Source: Patescibacteria group bacterium
GTDB taxonomy: Bacteria; Patescibacteriota; Microgenomatia; UBA8517
Assembly: GCA_026416845.1 (NCBI GenBank)
Contig: JAOAEL010000002.1
Coordinates: forward strand, 1-42,468
Direction of reading: 5' to 3'
DNA length: 42,468 nt
The notes under the pieces are model-generated. The model was not told the DNA's origin. It ran no database searches and saw only the letters and a list, made by a program, of their open reading frames with translations. Both the position numbers and the translations under genes were made by a program. This document shows positions 1-7,316 of this stretch, in pieces. The stretch's first letter is position 1. Each line of letters opens with the position of its first letter.

Positions 1-189
1 CTTAAATTCAGCAACTACGATATCGCAATTGAAACAGTAGCCAAAGGACTCAAGGAAAAGTATATCGACCGCGGTTATACAACACCCGAGTTAATAATGA
101 AAAAATATGCACATCCTAATTCCACAACATGGGCAGATGGTGTAAATATGTATATGCAAAAAATTGAAGAGCCACTTTACTATCAATGA
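1..189 (+). CDS. C-terminal end of a lysozyme-like/glucosaminidase-like protein (partial, starts before window)
   Basis: Frame 1 reads LKFSNYDIAIETVAKGLKEKYIDRGYTTPELIMKKYAHPNSTTWADGVNMYMQKIEEPLYYQ*; aligns by eye with the C-terminus of ORF 1339-1890 (FESWESSIEHVTKTLREKYYEKGATTIEKIGRKYAPPSSTWSKNV). Confidence 0.75.
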   Translation, partial: LKFSNYDIAIETVAKGLKEKYIDRGYTTPELIMKKYAHPNSTTWADGVNMYMQKIEEPLYYQ

Positions 190-269
190 AACATTAAACT
201 TTACGCACCATTTTGCCTGTTGTAACTTAATATTTGTAATTGTAATTTTAAATTCAAGTTAAAATCACA

Positions 270-1010
270 ATGTCAGCGTACTATGATTCATACGACTACC
301 ACTCTTATTGGGTTGGACGAGACTATGAGCATTGTGCAGAAAAAATAGCAATAGAATCAATTTTATCTAATTTAGGGGAATTTAACCATTTAATTGAAAT
401 TGGCGCTGGTTATGGCAGATTAACCAAAATATATGAAAAATATGCCAAAAAAGTAACAATTTCGGATCCATCAAAACAATTAATTTCAATTGCCAAAAAA
501 ACCATCAAAGGCAGAAAATTCTTTTTTGAAGTAGGAGATTTATCATATATGGCTCAAAAACACAAAAACAAATATGACTTGGTTATTATGGTGCGAGTGT
601 TACATCATATAGACAACATTGAAAATGCAATCAAAAATTTGTCAACAATTACAAGAAAAGGCGGCTACCTTTTGCTTGAATATGCAAACAAGTTACATTT
701 CAAATCAATTTGCCGCGAAATAGCAAATGGCAATCTAAATTTTGCTTATGACATGAGTCCTAAACTCGTTGGTAAAAAACAAAAAAACTGCATACCTTTC
801 CTAAATTATCACCCTAAAATCGTATATGAAACATTGCAAAAATATAAATATAAAATACTTACAAAAAGGTCTGTATCCAACATCAGAAATTCTACTATCA
901 AAAAATATGTTCCACTAAATTTGATGCTAATTTTAGAAAAACTTTTACAGTCACCATTTGCAAAACTACATTTTGGTCCTTCTATTTTTGTTCTGGCTCA
1001 AAAAAGCTAA
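270..1010 (+). CDS. Class I SAM-dependent methyltransferase
   Basis: Motif I LIEIGAGYGR, acidic end of beta2 (ISDPS), FEVGDL, YDLVIMVRVLHH, KGGYLLLE. Confidence 0.85.
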   Translation: MSAYYDSYDYHSYWVGRDYEHCAEKIAIESILSNLGEFNHLIEIGAGYGRLTKIYEKYAKKVTISDPSKQLISIAKKTIKGRKFFFEVGDLSYMAQKHKNKYDLVIMVRVLHHIDNIENAIKNLSTITRKGGYLLLEYANKLHFKSICREIANGNLNFAYDMSPKLVGKKQKNCIPFLNYHPKIVYETLQKYKYKILTKRSVSNIRNSTIKKYVPLNLMLILEKLLQSPFAKLHFGPSIFVLAQKS

Positions 1011-1093
1011 AAACAAAATATTTATCCTCTTTTGTACTATTTTTATCTTGTAGAGCTGGTATATATCGTAAAATTTTCTTATATCTAAATAAT

Positions 1094-1122
1094 TTGACAA
1101 TCCTATAATATTGTGTTATTAT
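1094..1122 (+). promoter_or_regulatory. Sigma70-type promoter
   Basis: TTGACA (1094-1099), 17 nt, TATTAT (1117-1122) with TGn extension. Confidence 0.7.
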
Positions 1123-1124
1123 TC

Positions 1125-1211
1125 ACTTACGTTCTGAGGCAAATCCGGTTATACCGAGATAAGCGTCAGGATTTTCCTTTTAGCCTCGAAGAAATTCGAG
1201 GCTATTTTTTT
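1125..1211 (+). ncRNA. Candidate structured leader RNA (riboswitch-like) or small RNA; family not assigned
   Basis: Lies between the promoter and a strong terminator; irregular hairpin TTCTGA(1132-37)/TCAGGA(1166-71) enclosing ATC-CGGT-tat-ACCG-a-GAT. Confidence 0.5.
1181..1211 (+). terminator. Intrinsic terminator
   Basis: 10-bp stem TAGCCTCGAA/TTCGAGGCTA, GAAA loop, followed by T7. Confidence 0.85.
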
Positions 1212-1338
1212 GAAAAGAGATCCGAATTTATTTCATTTTTTGTAACGCTATAAAAACAAGAACTCTTGAAAAGCAAAAAAAGATCTCAAAGTATTCAGAT
1301 ACAACTCAGACAAAATACTCTGAGTAAAAACTTATATA

Positions 1339-1890
1339 ATGAAAATTTTAATTGCCATCTTGGTAAGCTTGCTTCTGCTAAACGCAGTGGCAAGGGAATT
1401 GTGGGGCTGTACTCTCATTTCTTATTCTGCCCAAATCAAAGACGCAAGAATCAATAGATATCCAAATCCAAAATCTTTGGAAATTGAGAATATTTACGAT
1501 ACGCGCGTAATTAAATTAAGAAATTTCTTAACAAAACATAATTCTCCACTTGCTCCTTACGCAGAAATATTTGTAAAAAGCGCAGACAAGCACAATATAG
1601 ACTGGAGACTGGTGCCAGCAATCACAGGCGTTGAATCTTCATTTGGAAAAAGAATTCCTCCAAAATCATATAACGCTTATGGATGGGCAAATGGAAAACA
1701 TAAATTTGAATCTTGGGAAAGTTCTATAGAACATGTTACAAAAACACTGCGAGAAAAATATTATGAAAAAGGGGCAACTACCATAGAAAAAATCGGCAGA
1801 AAATATGCTCCACCAAGTAGTACTTGGAGCAAGAATGTAAGATTTTTTATGAATCAAATTGATCAAGAGGCAAACAATGGGAATTTTTAA
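1339..1890 (+). CDS. Secreted lysozyme-superfamily (glucosaminidase-like) cell-wall hydrolase
   Basis: N-terminal signal peptide; AEIFVKSADKHNIDWRLVPAITGVESSFGK (putative catalytic Glu in AIxxxES), NAYGW, KYAP. Confidence 0.7.
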   Translation: MKILIAILVSLLLLNAVARELWGCTLISYSAQIKDARINRYPNPKSLEIENIYDTRVIKLRNFLTKHNSPLAPYAEIFVKSADKHNIDWRLVPAITGVESSFGKRIPPKSYNAYGWANGKHKFESWESSIEHVTKTLREKYYEKGATTIEKIGRKYAPPSSTWSKNVRFFMNQIDQEANNGNF

Positions 1891-1977
1891 TGTAATGAAT
1901 TGAAAAACAAAACCATAAAAACTTCTATATCTTACGTCTTACAATTTAAGTATAATACAAATCACTAAACACAATAC

Positions 1978-2063
1978 GCCGGAGTGGCGGAAATGGCAGA
2001 CGCGCAGGATTTAGGATCCTGTGAGGCTCATACCTCGTGCAGGTTCAAATCCTGTCTCCGGCA
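1978..2063 (+). tRNA. tRNA-Leu (TAG)
   Basis: Acceptor GCCGGAG/CTCCGGC, anticodon arm CAGGA-tttagga-TCCTG, long variable arm, GGTTCAAATCC T-loop; CCA not encoded. Confidence 0.95.
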
Positions 2064-2094
2064 CAGGATACAATTTTGAGAATTTGTTTTTTTG

Positions 2095-2159
2095 TTAATA
2101 CTCTCTTTTAACTCTTTTAACTCTTATTTAACTCTTAAATCTTAATAAATCTTAAAATT
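2095..2159 (+). repeat. Degenerate G-free tandem repeat (TTTAACTCT-like units)
   Basis: ctcttttaactcttttaactcttatttaactcttaaatcttaataaatctt; no G over 65 nt. Confidence 0.6.
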
Positions 2160-2236
2160 GAAAATCTTGCAAACAAAAACTATTGATACTTTACTTTAAA
2201 AAAAAGTTGAAAATTGGTTTAAATTACCGGCAATAA

Positions 2237-2586
2237 ATGATTAAAAGCAAAAACGAATTCAAATTTATAGATTCGTTTGCTAGTATTGTCAGTATTCGAA
2301 TTGCCTTCGAGCGTATCAGCGGCAAATGTGTTCTCACTTCAGAATGGGATGAGTTGTGCCAAATTATGTATGAGACTAATTTTGGCAAAAACCATTTGGG
2401 AATATCACAAAACTTGCCGCCGAAGATGTGACTGAGCATGACATACTAACTCGTGGATTTTTTTGCCAAGAATTTAGCATTATCGGCAACAAACTTGGAT
2501 TTGCCGACACGCGAGGCGATTTATTTTTTGATGTAGAACAAATTTTGAAAGTAAAGCAACCAGAAACATTTTTGTTGGAAAATTAA
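2237..2586 (+). pseudogene. DNA (cytosine-5) methyltransferase remnant (N-terminal motifs I-VI only)
   Basis: FKFIDSFASIVSIRIAF (eroded FxGxG), SEWD, then frameshift to KPFGNITK...EHDILTRGFFCQEFSIIG...DTRGDLFFDV...KQPETFLLEN*; catalytic PC changed to FC; C-terminal half absent. Confidence 0.85.
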
Positions 2587-2599
2587 ATTACGCCTCAAT

Positions 2600-3292
2600 T
2601 TCAGGACCGCAACAAAATCATTTCGTACCACGAAACGATAGCAGTAGGAAAAATGACACTGCAGATAGGTATGGTCTTTTCAGAAGGGAAAAAAAATATT
2701 CCATTTTGTTGATGTCGCAAAAAAGGACGCGGTTTACAAAGGTAAATTTGATGAAAACGGTGATTTAATTTACAAAGTTCATGAAGTACAAGCAAGGAGC
2801 GGGATTGATCCAAAAGAGATTGGCCAACCACTATAAACCCCTAAAGGAACTTGGACAAAAAACGGAAAATTTCACAAAGCCGCAATGGATTTTAAGAGTG
2901 AATTGCAAAAAGAACTAGAATTAGTAAAAGTGTACGAAAAAATTGATGTTGGCGATTAGTCAATCAAAGGATTATTTCAATCGCTTGACATTAGAAGGGC
3001 TTCTAATAGCAAGCGCAATGTCTTCAAGTTTTATCTCAAACCTGTGATCACAAATATTTTCAATCGTGTTAAAGATTTGCCACTTAACTGACTAATTCCA
3101 ACAGTAGTAAAAGTGAAAATTTGAAAACGCGACAAAGGATGTTGCGTGCGTCGCGGCACAACTAAAAATTTGCACCACGATCACAATTTACCATATGCGA
3201 AGTGTGGTACAAGTTTAACATACAAAAATACCCGATTGTTTTGTGCAAAGTGTAATTTGATCAAAAGCAACAAAATCATGATTTTTGTTTGA
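2600..3292 (+). pseudogene. SRA-HNH-type (modification-dependent) endonuclease remnant
   Basis: Reads IISYHE...TLQIGMVF...LIYKVHE...DPKEIGQP*TPKGTWTKNGKFHKAA...VKVYEKIDVGD*SIKG...VFKFYL...*LIPTVVKVKI*KRDKGCCVRRGTTKNLHHDHNLPYAKCGTS...LFCAKCNLIKSNKI; in-frame stops at 2710, 2834, 2957, 3089, 3122 plus a frameshift near 2720. Confidence 0.75.
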
Positions 3293-3297
3293 TATCT

Positions 3298-4320
3298 ATG
3301 ACAGCAACCATTGCAAAAAAACGAATTGATAATTTTTTTGAAAAGTTGAGTGTGTACTCTTTTCGTTTGATACGAGTTGCCGAGATACTTAATCGTAATC
3401 GAAAAAGGGGGCATTTAATTTAAATTTATCAAATAAAAAATACTTTGAAAAAATCAATATAATGAGGGAATAAAGTTTCAAGAAAATTATTTGGTTACTT
3501 GCCAACAAGTCAACAAATCAATACTCGCGATTTTTTGAAACCAATGCTATACCCCGCGTTTTTTGGCAAAGGTTGACACAATAAAAAAAAGGCAAAGGTT
3601 TTGTCGAATCGTATATTTATAAAGCTTTGAAAACCGGTCTTTCGTCAGGGTGAAAAGTTTAAGGATTACATCAGTAAATCAACGGCCAAACACTTTTAAT
3701 TTGAAATAATTTGAAAAAGTTACTCTCTTTATTTTATGCACCACCAGGATTGCGTCGAAGTGTGGATAAAATGTATGAAATTTTGGTTTATGCCCTTTTT
3801 GCTGATATCGTCCGCGTGTTAAAAACTCAAATAATCTTGGAAATTGGAGAAAAGACTAGGAAATTTTGAAAGATCTTGAGCGATTTATAAATAAAAAGGT
3901 TATTTGCATAAATACCAAAAAAACTGATCGTTTTTGCCAGGCGCACTTTATCGCGTAGGTATTACCAACACAGCTAAGGCTAATAGAGGTCTTGACATTT
4001 GGGCAAATTTCGGTCCAGCAATCCAAGTCAAAAACATAACGATTACTCCTGAAATTATCGAAAATATTGCTAGCAAAATAACTACCGAAAGATTGTGCTT
4101 GTATATCTTGACACTGAACGCGAGGTGATTTAGACCTTGTTAAAACAAGTTGGCTGGAACGAATGAATTCAAGAAATTATCACAATTAAAGATCTCAATG
4201 ATTAGTAGAAGCTTTGTTTAAGCACAAAAAGTACGGAGTAAGTCTTGGGGCAAAGCTTCTTCAAGATGTTGGCGAGAATCTACGGTTGAATTTCGATCAT
4301 AAAAAGAAATCGGTCTATTT
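3298..4320 (+). pseudogene. HaeII-family Type II restriction endonuclease remnant
   Basis: Fragments AKKRIDNFF...VAEILNRNR, ETNAIP, PGLRRSVDKMYEILVYALF (3741 onward) and LYRVGITNTAKANRGLDIWANFGPAIQVK match HaeII-family motifs as I recall them (GLxRSxDKxYEIxVYALF; RVGVTNAADRGLDM); many stops and frameshifts. Confidence 0.7.
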
Positions 4321-4386
4321 CTTGTCAAACAAGGGTGCGAAAAACCGTTCTGTCTAGCAATTGGCAAATTCAAGTTTAGGGTGTTT

Positions 4387-4780
4387 ATGAACACAGCTTC
4401 AGAGCAAAAACTAAGCAAAATAATGCCTCAAATAAAAACCCAAGATAGCAAAATTGAAAAATTGTTTCGTGTGGAACTTTGGAAACATGGTTTTCGTTAT
4501 CGCAAAAACTCCAGCAAATATTTCGGCGAGCTTGATATTGTTTTAAAACAGCATAAGACTGTTATTTTCATCGACTCTTGTCCTGCCATGGTTGTAAAAA
4601 ACATTGTAAAATTTCGGCCGCATGCAAGAATTACTGGATAAACAAAATCGGGAAAACAAGGCAAAAGATAAAGAAGTTTCCCAAAATTATAAAAAACAAA
4701 ACTGGAAAATCATAAAGGTTTAGGAACATTACATTATTAAAAAGCTCGCCCAAGCGGTAAAAAAATAATATGGCAACAAT
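4387..4780 (+). pseudogene. vsr: Very-short-patch repair endonuclease remnant
   Basis: SKIMPQIKTQDSKIE...FRYRKN...DIV...VIFIDSC, frameshift to CHGCKKHCKI...YWINKI, second shift to NKAKDKEVSQNYKKQNWKIIKV*EH (TAG at 4721 where Trp is expected). Confidence 0.85.
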
Positions 4781-5066
4781 AAAGAAAACTTAAAAAGGAA
4801 GAGCCAAGCAAATTCTGGGAATTGATAAAACTGAAGAAAATCAAAACACAAAATTTGTATATCTTCGCACTAACAAAATTCAATAATTGTTTTACCAAAA
4901 ACATAAAAACCCTCTTTCTAAAAGCTTACAAAAGTATCTAATAAAACTGTAATTTTTAGTTAGCAAGACAAGAGACAAGACAAGAATAGTAAATTATTCT
5001 TATATTTTTCTTGACCTTGATAATCATAAGGTTGTAAAATTGAAAGAAATACAAACTGCGAAAATA

Positions 5067-5384
5067 ATGAATACAAAACTCATATCTAAAATAATCATAA
5101 TATTTAGCTTATCTGTTTTTATACTTAGTGTAGTTCTTTTTGCCTTGTCTATTTACTTAAACCAGTAGTCAATTAAAATGGGAAAAATTCTGCACATACA
5201 CATTCCAAATCAAAAAACTAAATACGAAGAATTGCTTATTCTTGTGCCAACAATCACTTTTGCCATTGTTATTCTTTCTTACATCATCGCCGAAAGTTAC
5301 TTTTCCACTAAAAAAAGCAGTTTTAATCATTTTATGACAGATAACAATAAAAACTTTTTGTCTAAAACAAAAAATTCACATTGA
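5067..5384 (+). pseudogene. Small membrane protein gene interrupted by an in-frame TAG (or two small ORFs, 5067-5168 and 5178-5384)
   Basis: MNTKLISKIIIIFSLSVFILSVVLFALSIYLNQ*SIK is in frame with ORF 5178-5384; each part has a hydrophobic segment. Confidence 0.35.
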
Positions 5385-5424
5385 CAAAGGCCAACATTTA
5401 GGTATATAAAATAAATTAAACGAC

Positions 5425-5604
5425 ATGAATCTTTTTCCTAAAAGTCATACATTAATGTATCTTTCAGCATTAGTTTTTGTTTTAATGGCTATTATGGCCA
5501 TTAGTTTGTCAAACTCAAATAGGCAAAAAGTTTACTCTTCATATGCTGCTGTTAGTGAAACTGACTATAAAGTTAAAGATTATTCTTTCCCTCCTAATTA
5601 TTGA
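5425..5604 (+). CDS. Small membrane-anchored/exported hypothetical protein (59 aa, not in ORF track)
   Basis: MNLFPKSHTLMYLSALVFVLMAIMAISLSNSNRQKVYSSYAAVSETDYKVKDYSFPPNY; one hydrophobic helix; TTGACA upstream. Confidence 0.55.
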   Translation: MNLFPKSHTLMYLSALVFVLMAIMAISLSNSNRQKVYSSYAAVSETDYKVKDYSFPPNY

Positions 5605-5891
5605 CTAGTATTTTTTAGATCTCAATTTTTTTGTTGTGATAAGTTTTAAATTTCGAAATAACTATTAGTTTTTTAGTTTACTTAGTCTACTTTTAGAATA
5701 GAAATAAATAATTGAACTAAACATCAGGTTGCCAAACAAAAGCCCAGATTATATTAAAATAATGGCCAAAGTATCCAAAAATAAAGCTCAAAACTGTCAA
5801 TAGGCTATTGACACAATTTTAAAAAACAAATTAATATTTTAATATTAATTAATTTAAATTTTAAACATTTCTAAACTTTATTTAAATTTAA

Positions 5892-6884
5892 ATGAAAAAA
5901 ATTCTACCTTTGTTAATCGTAATTTTAGCTCCAACTCTTGTTTTGTTTGCTTTATTTTTTTTAGCAAAAAAAGCAATACCTGTTCTGTCAGCCACAGCAA
6001 ATCATGTCGTAATATCAGAAGTGCAAATCGCAGGTAAAACCTCCACAGATGAGTTTGTAGAGCTTTATAATCCAACAAATGAAGATATAGACATTAATGG
6101 ATGGAAATTAGCTAGAAAAACAGCTGCAGGCACAGAACCGATTGATTTAGTCGCTAGCTTGTCAGGCACAATTCAATCCAAAAGTTATTTCTTAATTACA
6201 AGCGAATCTTATGATGGAGAGGTAATTCCTGATGTAATTTACGCAACTTCAAGCGGCAATATTGCAAGCAATAACACAGTCTTATTATACGCAAATCAAC
6301 AAGCAACTATAATAATAGACAAGTTAGGGTTAGGTAGCGCTAATGATCGAGAAACCCAAACAGTTCCTAATCCTCCAGCCAATAAAAGTGTTGAAAGAAA
6401 AGCGCATCAAGGATCCACATCTGAAAGTATGGCTGTTGGAGGAAATGATGAATTTTTAGGAAACGGCGAAGATTCTGACAACAACAGTGCCGACTTTGTT
6501 TCTCGCAACAACCCTCAACCACAAAATTCAAAATCACCAAAAGAACCAGTACCAACACCAACTTTTTCACCTACATCAAGTTTAACTCCAACATTAAATC
6601 AAACACAAACTCCTACACAAGCTCCAACAAATACTCCTACAAATATTCCTACTCAAACTCCAACCCCAACTAGTACAGTAACACCAAGTGCAAACCCAAT
6701 TTCATCTCCTACACTAACTCCAACTTTATCATTAAGTCCCACTCCAACTCCGCCAAAAAATGGTGGCAAGGTAATTGCTGTATTTGCATTTGGCGACAAA
6801 CCTCTTGTGTGCAAAATTGATTATAAAGAAAAATCAACTTTGTTCTTTAAGCTGTGGTTACCAGTAATTTCCTGTTTCAGGTAA
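5892..6884 (+). CDS. Lamin-tail-domain surface protein with Pro/Thr-rich linker
   Basis: Signal/TM N-terminus; HVVISEVQ...EFVELYNPTNEDIDINGWKL (LTD motif); NKSVERK; long (PT)n tract. Confidence 0.8.
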   Translation: MKKILPLLIVILAPTLVLFALFFLAKKAIPVLSATANHVVISEVQIAGKTSTDEFVELYNPTNEDIDINGWKLARKTAAGTEPIDLVASLSGTIQSKSYFLITSESYDGEVIPDVIYATSSGNIASNNTVLLYANQQATIIIDKLGLGSANDRETQTVPNPPANKSVERKAHQGSTSESMAVGGNDEFLGNGEDSDNNSADFVSRNNPQPQNSKSPKEPVPTPTFSPTSSLTPTLNQTQTPTQAPTNTPTNIPTQTPTPTSTVTPSANPISSPTLTPTLSLSPTPTPPKNGGKVIAVFAFGDKPLVCKIDYKEKSTLFFKLWLPVISCFR

Positions 6885-6907
6885 ACAATTTTCTAATTTC
6901 AAATATT

Positions 6908-6917
6908 AGGAGGTGAT
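6908..6917 (+). promoter_or_regulatory. Strong Shine-Dalgarno site
   Basis: AGGAGGTGAT, 10-nt complement to the canonical 16S 3' end, 5-6 nt upstream of ATG 6923. Confidence 0.75.
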
Positions 6918-6922
6918 TCAAA

Positions 6923-6997
6923 ATGGCAGTAAAGAAAAAAACAATAAAAAAATCAGTGGTAAAAAAAGACAAAAAAACTACCAAGAAAAAAAAGTAG
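6923..6997 (+). CDS. 24-aa lysine-rich micropeptide (MAVKKKTIKKSVVKKDKKTTKKKK)
   Basis: Perfect SD, ATG, TAG stop, then a terminator; 13 of 24 residues are Lys. Confidence 0.7.
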   Translation: MAVKKKTIKKSVVKKDKKTTKKKK

Positions 6998-7016
6998 ATT
7001 TTTTTTAATGATAATT

Positions 7017-7058
7017 AAAACAACTCATATCTAGTTTTTGATTTGAGTTGTTTTTTTT
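7017..7058 (+). terminator. Intrinsic terminator
   Basis: AAAACAACTCA (7017-27) / TGAGTTGTTTT (7044-54) with T8 tail. Confidence 0.7.
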
Positions 7059-7316
7059 ATTATCCTAATCTAATTTTTAGTACTTTAACGTTAATTTATT
7101 AGAACTTTCATTTCTTTTAGTTTTAAAAATTGTAAACAAGTTTTAACAACAAAAAAAGGCATTTTTAAGTCTAAAATTTATGAAAAAATTTGTTAAAAAA
7201 CTTAAATTTAGATACAAAAGGAAACTTATTGTTTTGTAACAAAATAACAGTTGATAGCTAATTTAGAAATAATTTAAACTTAAGATTAGAAAAACTTGAT
7301 TAAGTAAAATCCAAAC

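Noticed and set aside
1138-1165. c-di-GMP-I (GEMM) riboswitch assignment from GGCAAA followed by a stem
   Set aside because: The GAAA tetraloop, GACGCAAAGC segment and P3/receptor arm are missing; left unassigned
1266-1457. 63-aa ORF overlapping 1339-1890
   Set aside because: Alternate-frame overlap of a well-supported gene, with no recognisable features
2237-4780. Stop-codon reassignment (TGA or TAG read as Trp) as an explanation for the broken island genes
   Set aside because: TAG, TGA and TAA all interrupt the genes, there are several frameshifts and catalytic-motif losses, and intact genes in the window end normally in TGA and TAG
6540-6755. Repetitive DNA in the lamin-tail gene as a CRISPR-like or DGR-like element
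   Set aside because: It is just the codon pattern of a Pro/Thr linker; there are no fixed-length repeats with spacers and no reverse transcriptase or cas genes in the window
7180-7239. Second basic mini-ORF MKKFVKKLKFRYKRKLIVL
   Set aside because: No SD, promoter or terminator support; Lys-rich short ORFs arise easily in A-rich DNA
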